From Lytechinus pictus (lineage: Eukaryota), in NCBI RefSeq assembly GCF_037042905.1, contig NC_087246.1:9860001-9920000 (forward strand): DNA of 60,000 bases. The letters are read 5' to 3'. Shown here one piece after another: positions 49,001-60,000 of the stretch; position 1 is the stretch's first letter; every line of letters begins with the position of its first letter. Position numbers and translations under genes: made by a program. Under the pieces are notes generated by a model that made no database searches, was not told the origin of the DNA, and worked only from the letters and a program-made list of their open reading frames with translations.

Positions 49001-52000
49001 CACCAGGTTGATGCATTAACTTTCTAAGGTTTATCTTGATTATGTCTGGGATTAAATGTACTTGCAGAACATAAGTAATTTAAAAAGCATGTGTTCATCA
49101 AAATGATTTGTTATGCAGTCATGCATTTAATAAAAAAAACAAAACAACAACATTACCCTACCTCCTAATTGTCATCACCACCACCATCATTATTAACCTC
49201 ATCATCATCATCATCATCATCATCATCACCATCAATTTCATCATCATCATCATCATCTTCATCATCATCATCTTCATCATCATCATCATTATAACCATCA
49301 ATTTCATCACCATCATCATCATCATCATCAGTATTAATCAATTCAATTAAATGAACACCACTTCCAATTACCATACTTTCATTTGAAATGTATTTCAACT
49401 TACCCAAGACTCCTGGATTGCAAAATTCTACAATGGAATAGAACTCTTGTAAATCATTCTAAAATACAAGAAGAATAAAAAATGAGAACACAAAAAGTTA
49501 TGATAAGAAAAACAAAGATAATGTTATGATAAGAAAAACAAAGATAATGTTATAAGAAAAACAAAGATAATGTTCATAGTCCTTTTAGCATAGGATATAC
49601 TTCCTTTACCTTATACCCCGTGAGAAATGTGCTTTTTTAATTCCATTATATGTGTTTTAGATGGAAATGTAAGAAAAAAAATGAGTGAACACAAAAAAAT
49701 ACCAAGGGAAACTAAAAAATATCACTAGGCCTAAAGGTGATTGATATTCCTGTCATATCAGAACAGCCTTATGCGAGGAACATTATATGCAGTTACCATG
49801 GTAACAAAGCACTTGACACCTTCAGAAAATGTGTCTAGCACATCACTCCAAGACCTATGTGCGTGCCAAGTGTCATGAGCGTTTGGCAGAAAAAAGGGGG
49901 AAGTCGATTGGGCAGTATGATATTCAATAGATTGCCCTGTGATACAATTTTTTTTAATGGGAGGCATAAAACAATTAGAAGAAAAGGTACAAGGTACCTC
50001 AGCAAATTCTCAGCTACTATTTATTGTGTCTTTTAGTGGGAAATCCACTCAGCAATTTTTTTGCTTACAATAATCCAATTTCTACTAAAACAAAATAACG
50101 GGAATGGGTAAACCCACTGTGGAATCCTGGATACATCAACAATAACATTTCTATACATGTAGCCCCTTTGAAAGACCCATCAACACTGATTTACACAACT
50201 TTTGCCAAAACACTTAATACGAATATGAATTTTCATATCATAAAGCCTTAACAATTTGCTTTAAAGTGAAAGGATCTCACCTGTATAGGAGTGCCTGTTA
50301 ATAAGATTCTTCTCCTGACTGCAAGACTGGATAGGAGCTGTGGATGTATAGGAAAATGAATTACGCTCAAACAATCCATTTAAATTTTTGTTGATACCAT
50401 TGCTTCCACAAATTTTTTAACATAAAGAGAATGATACCAAGATTCTAATTCATTAGATTCAGATCAATTTACCTTTCTAAAGAGGCAATTTGTTTTGATG
50501 GCAGCACTACATGAAAAGTACATACATGGTAGAAAATAAATACCAATATTCTATAATTTGGTGAAGTGATATCAATTTTGCATTTTCTTTTTTTTTGTGG
50601 GGGGGGGGGGTGAGGTCAACAGAAGAGAAATGAATTGTGTTGGGAATGGCCTTTACACAGTTATACCCTTTTTAGGGGGAGCCTATTAATGAATAACAAC
50701 ATGAAACAATAAAAATGTTAAGAAGCATATGTGGTAGTTTCTCCAAATATCATACAAGTCAACCATCATGGATTATTTCTGGTTGCGAACACATGCACAA
50801 TTTGAAAAAATACAGATTTCAAACGCGCCATGCACTTTACAAAAATTCCCCCAAAATGAGTTCTTACTGATGCAGTCTTGATAGTACTGTTTTTCAGCCT
50901 GTGCCCTTCATCACACACGACCAGGTCAAAGGTTATACCTCTGATGTCATCAGCGTAACGTACCATCATCTCATAGCTGATCACCATCACTGGGAACAAA
51001 GGACTCTTCTTGAACTCCTAAGTAAGGTCAAAGGTCAATACTTAAATTTATTTCAACACATTCGCCTTATCTATTTTTTCAATAGATAATAATGATATGG
51101 ATGTAGGAAGAGGATGAAGGTGAAAGGGGTTACTACTTCTATATCATCATTGTTATAATTTTCATGTTTCCCTGCTTTGGATTTGTGGTGTAACAAGTGA
51201 ATAATTTCATCATTATCATATAGATTATGATCCTATTTACCCATTGGTGCCAATGTAAAAATTACACTAGTGGGTGAAAAAGAAGTGTATTCAACAACGC
51301 TCATATAAAATACCATTTCTCTCCCTTGAAATCCAATAAAAGAGGGAGCTTCTCATGACAAGGGACAAGTGTCAAGCAAAGTCAACCACGCTTAGTCCTT
51401 TGAATCTAGTTATACCTCAAAAAGTATGCTTAAATCAAGTTAATAGCTTCTGCACTTGATTGCCACCAATAAACTTGAGGCAATAAACAAGTGCAAGGCC
51501 ATTAAACCATGTGGGCATCTTTAAGCATTAATTGAACTTTGGAGAAATCTTGGCTTTGACTGATACAGCTTTGATCAACAGAGCAATAAAGTAAAAAAGT
51601 CATTAAGAAACACAAATTACCCCCTAACCTCAAAGAGGGTTTCAAGCATATGAAGTGCTTTTAGCAATCTACATGTAAATTTAAAAATATTGCACCTGCT
51701 TACCTAATAAAAGCAAATGCCAGAATAATGAGGGGGAAAATGAAGTGTATTTCATTTCCAGCTTCATTAGTGCTTATAATATGAATTCACAGAAACAGAG
51801 TATATTGGTAAATGACTCATTTTATAATGAGTCAATTTAATTTTATAATCATTTATACTGCACAGTGCACATAGAAGGCATCTTATCTGAAACATTTTGG
51901 AAAACTAAAATGGTTAAAAAGGGATATTTGTTTGTTACATAATGGATGGCTGACCTTCAAATCCTTTAAATTTTTAAAGGTTGACAAAGTTCAATCACCA

Positions 52001-55000
52001 TATGATATCACATAGTCATTGCTGATTCTTACTTCTCATGTCACTATATACAGTATTAAAAGATTGGTTGGTGTTGTTGGTGATTTTTTTTAACCTGATT
52101 GCTAAGAAAGAATGAATGTTTGTAAGCAAGCAACCAGAGGACAGACGGCTTAAGGTCCTCTCTGAGGGACACATACTCTTATTTATAACTTAAAATGTGG
52201 AAGTAAGGAGATCCAATTATCTATCAAGAATTAATTTGATATACTACAATGATTCTACTCTTATACTTGCTTTCGTTGAAGGGATGGTCCATGCTGGAGG
52301 TATTTATATCTCAATAAATTTAGTAAAATTCACAGGGCAAAATGCTGAAAATCTGATCAAAATCGGATAACAAATAACAAAGTTATTGAATTTTAATGAT
52401 TTGCATTATTCCAGTGAAACAGTGCTAGGCATGTCTTTATGAATATTCATTAGGTGGGCTGATGATGTCATATCCCCATTTGTTCTTTGTATTTTATTAT
52501 ATGAAATTAGGTTTATTCAAAATTTTTCTACTGAGAACTGAAACAAGTGGATTGACAACTGATTAAGTGCATTAGTTAATTATTGCTGCAACTTATTTCA
52601 TCATAATGGAGACACCCCATTTACACAAGAAAAGAAAAAAAAAATGTTGATTTCATGCGATAACATAAGTAAAAGGAAAGTGGGGATGTGACATCATCAG
52701 CTCACCTAATGAATATTCATGATAATGTGCATATAACTGTTTTCACAAAAAATGATAAACTTTGAAATTCAATAACTTTGTTATTTGTTTTTGATGAAAT
52801 TTCAGCATTTCGTTCTGTGAATTTTACTCAATTAATTTAGATATAAATATTTTCAGCCGAGACCATCCCTTTAAGAGATTACTAATAGTTTTCTTGTTGA
52901 ATGCATTAATTTTCAGTAGTCTGTTACTATTAATTTTCATCTACGATTATGTTGTAATTTTTGTAAACATGTTCATTTTGGGACTTGGACCTTTGTATCA
53001 TGTATCTATGTTTTAAACCAAATAAAGAAAATAAAGAAAAACTTCCAATGCTCATTATACTCCTCCTGGAAACAGGCATTATGAGCTTAATTGAAAGATG
53101 TTGTGTACTTGAGGTTGCAAGCCATCCATGAGGACAATCATATCCTAGGGGAAGGGAATAAATTGTGATGAACAGAAACAAGAAGAAGAAATTACCTCCA
53201 CTTTCTTCTCACTACTAACAGGGAAAACTGATATTCTCTCTGAGCCAAGCCACTTCCTGAACTCCCGGCACCAGTTCTGAAAAAAATTATACATATATAA
53301 AATAAAGGGATTTTTCATTGTAGGTTAGTGCTTACCAAACGTTTAGGGATATCCATCTCAAAGCACAGAATCCAGTCTCCTTAATTCAATGTTTGTTATT
53401 ATGTGTAATGAATATTTTCAAATTTGAATCGATCGACAACCACAAAACCCCAACGACACAAATAATTGAAAATGCATACCTTGACGAGACTTCCTGGTGT
53501 AACTATCAAAACCCTCTTAATAATTGGTTTCCCTCCATATGGACCTTGCTTGAATAAAGTCCTGAAAATAAAGTTAACAACAACATTAAACTATAATAAT
53601 ACTTATTTCAGCTAAGGAAGGTAATTGTAAATAAATGTTCATGGAAATATACGTCTTAATTTTTTTTTAATAGTGCATGATGACTGACACTGTCATGTTG
53701 GTACTTCATCTCACTCTATGTTCTAATCAGGAGTTAAATTACTTTTTCATAAGGTAAAAGGTATCATCATTCTCTCAAACAAATTACAATGTCTTATACT
53801 TTGTAAAGAATATTGATGTATTCTGAATGCTAATATCTGTATTCTTTCCAGAATACTTTTTTAGTCAAACATGCAAAAAAAAAGATTAGTCTACATTAGT
53901 ATTTTGAAGATCTCACAGACACTCATATTCTATGTAGTAGTTTTTCCCAACAACTCACCATATAAGAGTAATGCATTGCAGTGTCTTCCCAAGACCCATT
54001 TCGTCACTAAAAGAAAAGGATTAACATATATGATTTTTTTTAGTATATAAAAGAGACATAGGGACATCTTCAGCAAAGAGATTGTATTTTTCATCTCATG
54101 TTACATTCAAACAAGCTTTAACACTCAATGACATTGATATATTTGTCAATTCTTGTCTCTACTCACCATGATATATCTCAAAAGGGAGAACAGGAATGAC
54201 AGTGTGATATATATCAAACTTTGAGACAAGTACCAAAAGAATTGGTGTAATATATTTTAAAAGAATATCTTCATACAAAAATAAACATGAATATTTTTTT
54301 CAGTCAAATTACAAATGAGCATCTATGGTAATTACTTCAAATCTTATAGTAGAAAATTGAAATTTCCAATGCAAAAACTTATATGAAGTATGCTTACGCC
54401 AGAATAGCCCCATTGCCCTGATACTGCCTTAATCCCATAATGCACTCATACAGGAAGAGGACCCCTTGTCGTTGATGAGGTCTGAGTTTTGAAGCAAGAT
54501 GAGGATCGACCACCACATCAATGACAGACTCGTTTCGCTGGTTGTTTTGCCATTGATGTGATGAAGGTGGGCGGGGCATAACCAATGCATCAGGGTGAGT
54601 GGGATCATAGAGGGGCTTTGATACTCTTGGTTGAGCAATCTAATTATAGGAGGTGAATATATATAATTTAGACTAGGATTAAAACATATAATTCATTGCA
54701 GATTGATAATGCAAATATTTTTATTAAAGTGCAAATTAAACTTTGCAATCAACAAAAAAAAATTATCCATCCCTGACTACAAGAAGAATTATCAGTTCAC
54801 ATAGGAGAAACATAAGCATTCGATTACTAAGTCATATTTCATCATTATGCCATGCCATAATCATGGGCCTACATACTACCTCACATCTCTTCAGTTACCC
54901 CCACCTCTTCCCAAAACTAGCCATAAAAGGAAATGATTGAACACATTACTTTGTAATCATTGAATCTTAGCCATGAAATACTCCCAATAGTCCATTGTTA

Positions 55001-55307
55001 TAATTATATATTGGTTGTGTTTATTATCAAGCAATCACCATGAGTGCCTTATTTTAGGCTTTTGAGGGCATGTTAATACTTGAATTTAACATCCTCTTGT
55101 GTTTATTCTACTAACTAGTCTTACTTTTATTTGCAGAGCAGCAGAACTGCCATTCCCTGTCTTCTGTGGGTTGGCAAAAGGTTTGGAAGGTTTCGGAACC
55201 TTGGAAGGATGAACTGTTACAGATGCAGAGACATTGGAAATGGTGGATGAACCTGAATGGAAACACTTCCCTGTGGTCCAGTCTTCTTCTGATATACTTC
55301 CCATTAT
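40033..55307 (-). CDS. RAD54B: DNA repair and recombination protein RAD54B (SNF2 translocase), 5'-partial: 19 exons, 743 aa + stop
   Basis: Exons (high to low): 55307-55125, 54639-54398, 54006-53959, 53561-53480, 53276-53196, 51017-50868, 50337-50281, 49458-49404, 47861-47755, 46981-46909, 46671-46415, 45676-45512, 44701-44575, 43948-43842, 43205-43140, 42708-42592, 42074-41907, 41660-41592, 40110-40033. Motifs: [132 protein letters not shown]. The N- and C-terminal segments resemble RAD54B rather than RAD54L. Confidence 0.95.
40609..41557 (-). mobile_element. Helentron-associated / DINE-1-like element, copy 2 (in the last RAD54B intron)
   Basis: Reverse complement of 1982-2800: both termini are nearly identical, with ~5 central units (anchor GATGTTCAGT at ~40700, 40863, 41025, 41188, 41380). 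Confidence 0.85.
48048..48637. mobile_element. Kolobok/T2-like MITE family A, copy 3
   Basis: TTAA-AGGTCAAGTCCACCCCA ... TGGGGTGGACTTGTCCT-TTAA. Confidence 0.9.
49170..49330 (+). repeat. (CAT/CAC)n microsatellite
   Basis: Directly visible, in a RAD54B intron. Confidence 0.95.
49497..49574 (+). repeat. 26-bp minisatellite, ~3 copies
   Basis: ATGATAAGAAAAACAAAGATAATGTT twice, plus a shortened third copy. Confidence 0.9.
52280..52870. mobile_element. Kolobok/T2-like MITE, distant relative of family A
   Basis: TTGA-AGGGATGGTC ... GACCATCCCT-TTAA. Shares the ATGCTGAAAAT..ATCAAAATCGGAT..AAAGTTAT subterminal block. Internal inverted ATGAATATTCATTAGGTG..CTGATGATGTCA pair. Confidence 0.8.
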
Positions 55308-56279
55308 CTACAACAATCAAGAATTTCAAAGAAAAAATAGCTACTTAAAAAAACACACCAACATGTCCAGAAGATTTGGTCTGTGTTCTATGATAGCCCT
55401 GAAGTATCACAGGAAATATCATATGGGATATCATGACTACTGATTGTCAATTTGATGGACTTACTAAAAAGTTTATGGTTTGGGTTTAAAACAGTAAATT
55501 CATCAAATTTGGAGTCAGTAGTCACAATCTTTGATATAACTAGTACCATATGGAATACTAAACACTAGTTGGTAAATCAGTCTCTTCAGTGTTCATGGAG
55601 TATCATTAGAATTTAACAAAAAAAATGTTCTTTTGGTTTGTATTGAGCAAAATGAGACTGATAAACACCACCCCGGCAGTGTACATACCTGCCAAACCTG
55701 AAACCAGGTCAAGAAAGAGGGGCAAATGAGAAGACATGGTCTGAAAAAGGGACGTTGCAGAGTTTCCTATACAAAAGAACAGAGAGACTTTTCATAACAA
55801 TAGGGACACTGCAGTTGAAATGGCTCTCTATTTCACCAAGTATCAGGAAGATTTCGTTGGCGGATATGCCGCACACTCTCAATTGGATAACCACCAGCAA
55901 ACTCCCTGGGATAACCTTATACCTAATTGATAATGAGCTTCGTCTCCAAAGCTTAGTCAAATCTCTAAGTGGTTCTATATCCCATAATTCTTTGTTCCAA
56001 TCCCATAATTCTTTGGGGTTTTAATAAAATGAGATGAGAGTCACAAGACCATAATGCTACCTTCCATCTCACCTGTCCCTTTCAATTTCCCATCTCTAAA
56101 CCACATCAACAGATATCAAATATTGAATGAGTGTGAATAGTCAGTAATTTATTTCCCTTTTCACCTGTACTTGGAGTTCACTCAAATAACTATCTACACA
56201 CACCTTCTCTACCTTAATATATTCCTTTTTTTAATATATTCCTACCTTAATATATATATTTTTTTTTTCAACTAATATA

Positions 56280-57050
56280 ATCCTACAATCTTTCTTTTTT
56301 CTTTCATTATCTTTTCTTTTCTTCTTTCTTCCTTCATTTTTTCGTCCACTCCTTTCTTACATTCCTTCTTTATTTCATCCTTCATTCTTTCCTCCACTCC
56401 TGTCTTACATTTCTTTTTTTTATCGCACTCTTTCTTCTTTTTCTCATTTCTCTGTCTCCCTCCCTCTGCCTGTCCCCCTCCCTTCTCTTTCTCTCCCTCT
56501 CTCGCCTCCCCTCTACCTCTCTCACTCACTTACTCATCCATCTCTCATTGGATGAATGTATCCCTGTCTTCTATACACCCTCAGAAAATAAACTCAAATC
56601 CAGAGATCCATATACATCCATGTGATTTGATAAAAGCTATCTATACCAATTATTCAGCATCATGACAGCGCTGTTTACATCCAGAATTTTTGAAGAGGCA
56701 TCCATCAGGATGAATGGATGCAAGGAAGGAAAGATCAATGAGGTGAAAGAAAGATTAAGAGAGGAATTATATGATAGAAAAATAATAAGTGGATGAGGAA
56801 AACATAATGAAGAGGGCAGGGGGGGGGGTGAGGATGATAGAACATGGGATGATTAACAAAGGAATGAATGGAGACCAATTGGAATAAATATGTATAGGCA
56901 ACATCTATTAAAATATGATTATAAGACTATGTTAATGATTGAGGAGCAAAGAGGAAGAGATATGAATGGGAGGGGGTAGGGGAGTGAGAATGGGGGTATT
57001 AAGGAGGGTGGGGTGAGGAAGAAAGGGAGGGGCATAACAGAAGATCCAAA
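56280..57050. repeat. Pyrimidine-rich (56280-56540) and purine-rich (56700-57050) low-complexity tracts
   Basis: Composition visible directly. Confidence 0.75.
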
Positions 57051-59448
57051 GTTTCCAGACACATGGTGAAAAGGATCTTTAACATCTTTTTACTACTTTG
57101 TAGGATGCTAACATACTATACAGGGGTTTCTTTTTTGCCTCCTTTTCAAGGTATAAAAATTAGAACATCATCGTTGTTTATATTACTTGTTGGAATACCA
57201 CTGAACATTCTATATCTCATTTCTTGTCATATTACACCATGCCAACTACTAAGAGTCATATTTCATATAATAGTCAGTATCATGTTGATTTATTAAAGGG
57301 GAAAAGCAGAATACTATGGCCTCCTTTCAAGTACTTGTATCCCATTCACATTCACTGCTGAAAGGGTAAATACTGTGGATAAAATGAGCACCTAAATCCA
57401 TGTTAGCATTCAAATTCAAAGCATCAAGACCATATAGTATAATTATGCTGTGATGTTTCCATGGTTTCAATAGCATTTTGAACTAGTCCAACACGTTGTT
57501 ATCAAATAGAGTTGGGAGATGTGGAGAGGAATGAAATTAGCTGAAAGAGCTGGACTGAATGCAGATTAAACCTGAACGTACTCCAGTCTTCCACCAAATA
57601 TAAAAGGGATATGAATGATACATGACATTGTTTAGACTGGACTTCACTAACCCTAAGTGCCCTGTCTATCTCTTACATGGTGCCAAACGTCCATCTTTAG
57701 TCATAAGTCATGCCATTCACAATATGCTATGACGGCCAGCTTACAGCATAATTAGATGTCTCACACAGCACAATTACAAATCATACCATGTAAGAATGTT
57801 TCGAATCACAAATTACAATCACAGATTTTTACACTATTTACAACATGCATTGAAAGGCAAAAAAAACTAACAATACATGTATTTACATGGTGAATGAATT
57901 AATAATTGTGCAAACTACTGATACTACTTCAAAACTCATGTTTGAATGGATTACCCTTCATATACAATAGTATAGATACACATGCAATAGTATTTCTATT
58001 ACTTTATAATCATGTTGTTAATCTCTATAATTATCCCAACCACTGTCACATTTATCAGTGACTTGTTCTTTCATTTGTTTTTCTACATGAGCTTATGATA
58101 TTCATGTGCATTTCCAAAAGGGTCACTCTTTTTACTATTAGTTAATCTGTCTTGCTTCCTTATTAACTCACTTTCTCTCTCATTATTACAACTTCACCCC
58201 CACCTATCCCATAGTCAATATCATCATTTTAATATCTGTTTTCTATAAATCAAGACCTTAGTATGAATATCAGCTATGCACACACAGTTTTAGAGTAAGT
58301 GATATACTTTTTCCCCTTTATCCACTTTCTAATTAAGTGCAAATAGAATATACCATCTAAAGGAGTGTGTTCTCCCCTGACCCCGCCCTTTCTGCCTAAA
58401 AATATCTTATCTTCCGCTTTGTCTTTCTATTAGATATTAGCCTCTATGGTTATCTATACTGGGGAATGTTTTTGTACTCTGGAATGGCAGTAACCTAAAA
58501 GCCCACTTCAAATTTGTTTCTACCTCCATGGTCTAACCTACTTTCTACCTACCTCTCCTGGTCCATTAAGGTATTATACCCCTGCCCTTGCTCTTATCCT
58601 CTCTGTATCTCTTTCTTTCTATCTCTCTCTCACTCTCTCTCTCTCTCTCTCTCTCCCTCTTTGTACTTGTCTCTTTTTATGTGATATATCTCTTTCCAGA
58701 GATGCTATTCTTCACGTCTGAATTTGTCTTGGCATATTTTCTTAAATGCTTTCTACCCCATGATTCTTTCTCATTAAACTATATCTTTTGAAGCCTTCCC
58801 TTCTAAACTTCTATTATTGTTTATATTTCTGCCTGTTCTGTCCGTTTCTCCTTCCCCTCCTCCTACCCTTTGAATGGTAGAAGTACAGAGAGTAGATATA
58901 TGTCATGATCTAGGTCTATTAATATGTTCAAACCCAATATTCTAAAAATCTACTAAAAAGGTAATCAGTTCTATCCTGCAGCAGTTCCTTCCCCATTCTG
59001 GCTTCAAGCAATATTGGTTGAAATAGAAATCATTCATAATCATTAAAATAGGCCTTCATTGAAATATCATGCACCAATATGAACGGGAATAAAATTTGCA
59101 GTGGATAACATTCATAAAACTGTGATAATATTAGTCTCAATTAGAGCTTAAAGGATGTAAGTTCAATGTTAGATCAGCCCGATGGCTCTAAGCAATACAT
59201 GTTTCTTCTGCTTAAATATCATTCAGTGTTTTGCTCCATGTACATTGGTTTTAAAAAATGGCTTGTGACAGAAAAAAAGCTGCTACTCCATATAGCTGCC
59301 TGTTTAGCGAAATGTCAAATTTTTGTGCTGTGAGCCACCCTTCTGGTTCCGAGTAAAATCATTTAAGACCACTATTTAGAACAGGTAGCAATTATCATTA
59401 AATTGGTGAGCTGTTGATAAATGGGGAGAATGGGTATAGCCATGAATA

Positions 59449-60000
59449 TAGTGCGTCCCAGAACAAACAAAACCGAGAAGTACCGATGATTTGTCATTAC
59501 TTAATTACAAATATAGTAGACAAATGGCCTATCATTATTAAGCTGGGTCTCTTCTTTCATCAGGTATAACTTAGATGTTTATTTGAAGAAAGGATATCAA
59601 AAAGCCACTTGGCAGGCGGTATCTGAATTTCAAAAAGAAAATCACATGTCTATAAAAGTTCAATATCTGCTCTTTGATTTGATATCCCAATCACAGAAAA
59701 TAAACAAGGAATTAAAAACATTATGTTTCTATAAATATTGCTTGCATGGCATTTCCATAATGTCATTAAACAAATGGGTTTTTACTGAATGCCTAAAAAG
59801 TAAAATTGCTATCTCATGGTTAACAAAATACTTTACAGCTGACCTGTAAAACATCTTCCTTTTTATTGAAATTCAATCACCATTTTAAAGAAAGAGTTTC
59901 AAAAGAAACAGAGTTTCACTATCCCTTATCATTATCTTTGATTGGGGTATCATATTAAACAGCAGATATTGAACTTTCGAGACATGTAATTGTCCTTTTG
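59449..60000. mobile_element. Probable left part of a Tc1/mariner-like MITE running off the window
   Basis: TA-TAGTGCGTCCCAGAACAAACAAAACCGAG resembles a CAGTGCGT.. Tc1-type terminus (compare 21096). The partner TIR is not in the window. Confidence 0.4.

Noticed and set aside
49165..49407. Poly-Asp ORF in frame with a RAD54B exon
   Set aside because: It is the reverse strand of a (CAT)n microsatellite behind a strong GTAAGT donor; the open frame is expected from the repeat.
55709..56024. Overlapping ORFs on both strands as a nested gene or TE remnant
   Set aside because: No recognisable domain in the frames I could read, and non-ATG starts.
56272..56529. K/E-rich ORF
   Set aside because: Low-complexity pyrimidine tract; no convincing splice sites or homology.

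Overview
AT-rich eukaryotic genomic DNA with spliceosomal introns. The repeat families and gene content suggest a marine invertebrate deuterostome, probably a sea urchin; this taxon is an inference. Manual splicing gives five genes: (1) the last exon of a + strand gene ending in a coronin-like trimeric coiled coil (2897-3022); (2) a complete 8-exon gene for a secreted ~381-aa protein with a signal peptide, a small Cys domain, one EGF and a degenerate YWTD-type beta-propeller (13194-19177, +); (3) a complete 4-exon gene for a ~286-aa C-type lectin / Thr-rich linker / PAN-apple protein (19717-27023, -); (4) SETD6 (9 exons, 28943-36995, +); (5) the 3' 19 exons of RAD54B (40033-55307, -; 5' end outside the window). 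Introns and intergenic DNA are packed with non-autonomous DNA transposons. These include TTAA-TSD Kolobok-like, TA-TSD Tc1/pogo-like, 8-bp-TSD hAT-like, Harbinger-like and Helentron/DINE-like elements, several nested or carrying internal satellite arrays. I found no transposase ORF, RNA gene or CRISPR array. I cannot support a wholly new biological system. The most unusual items are the ~790-bp foldback with 38-bp hairpin repeats in SETD6 intron 1, the Helentron-like elements whose tandem unit carries a perfect nuclear-receptor DR1+DR4 site, a multi-level nested transposon stack, and the convergent pair of orphan secreted proteins. All coordinates were read by eye and may be off by a few bases at repeat edges.
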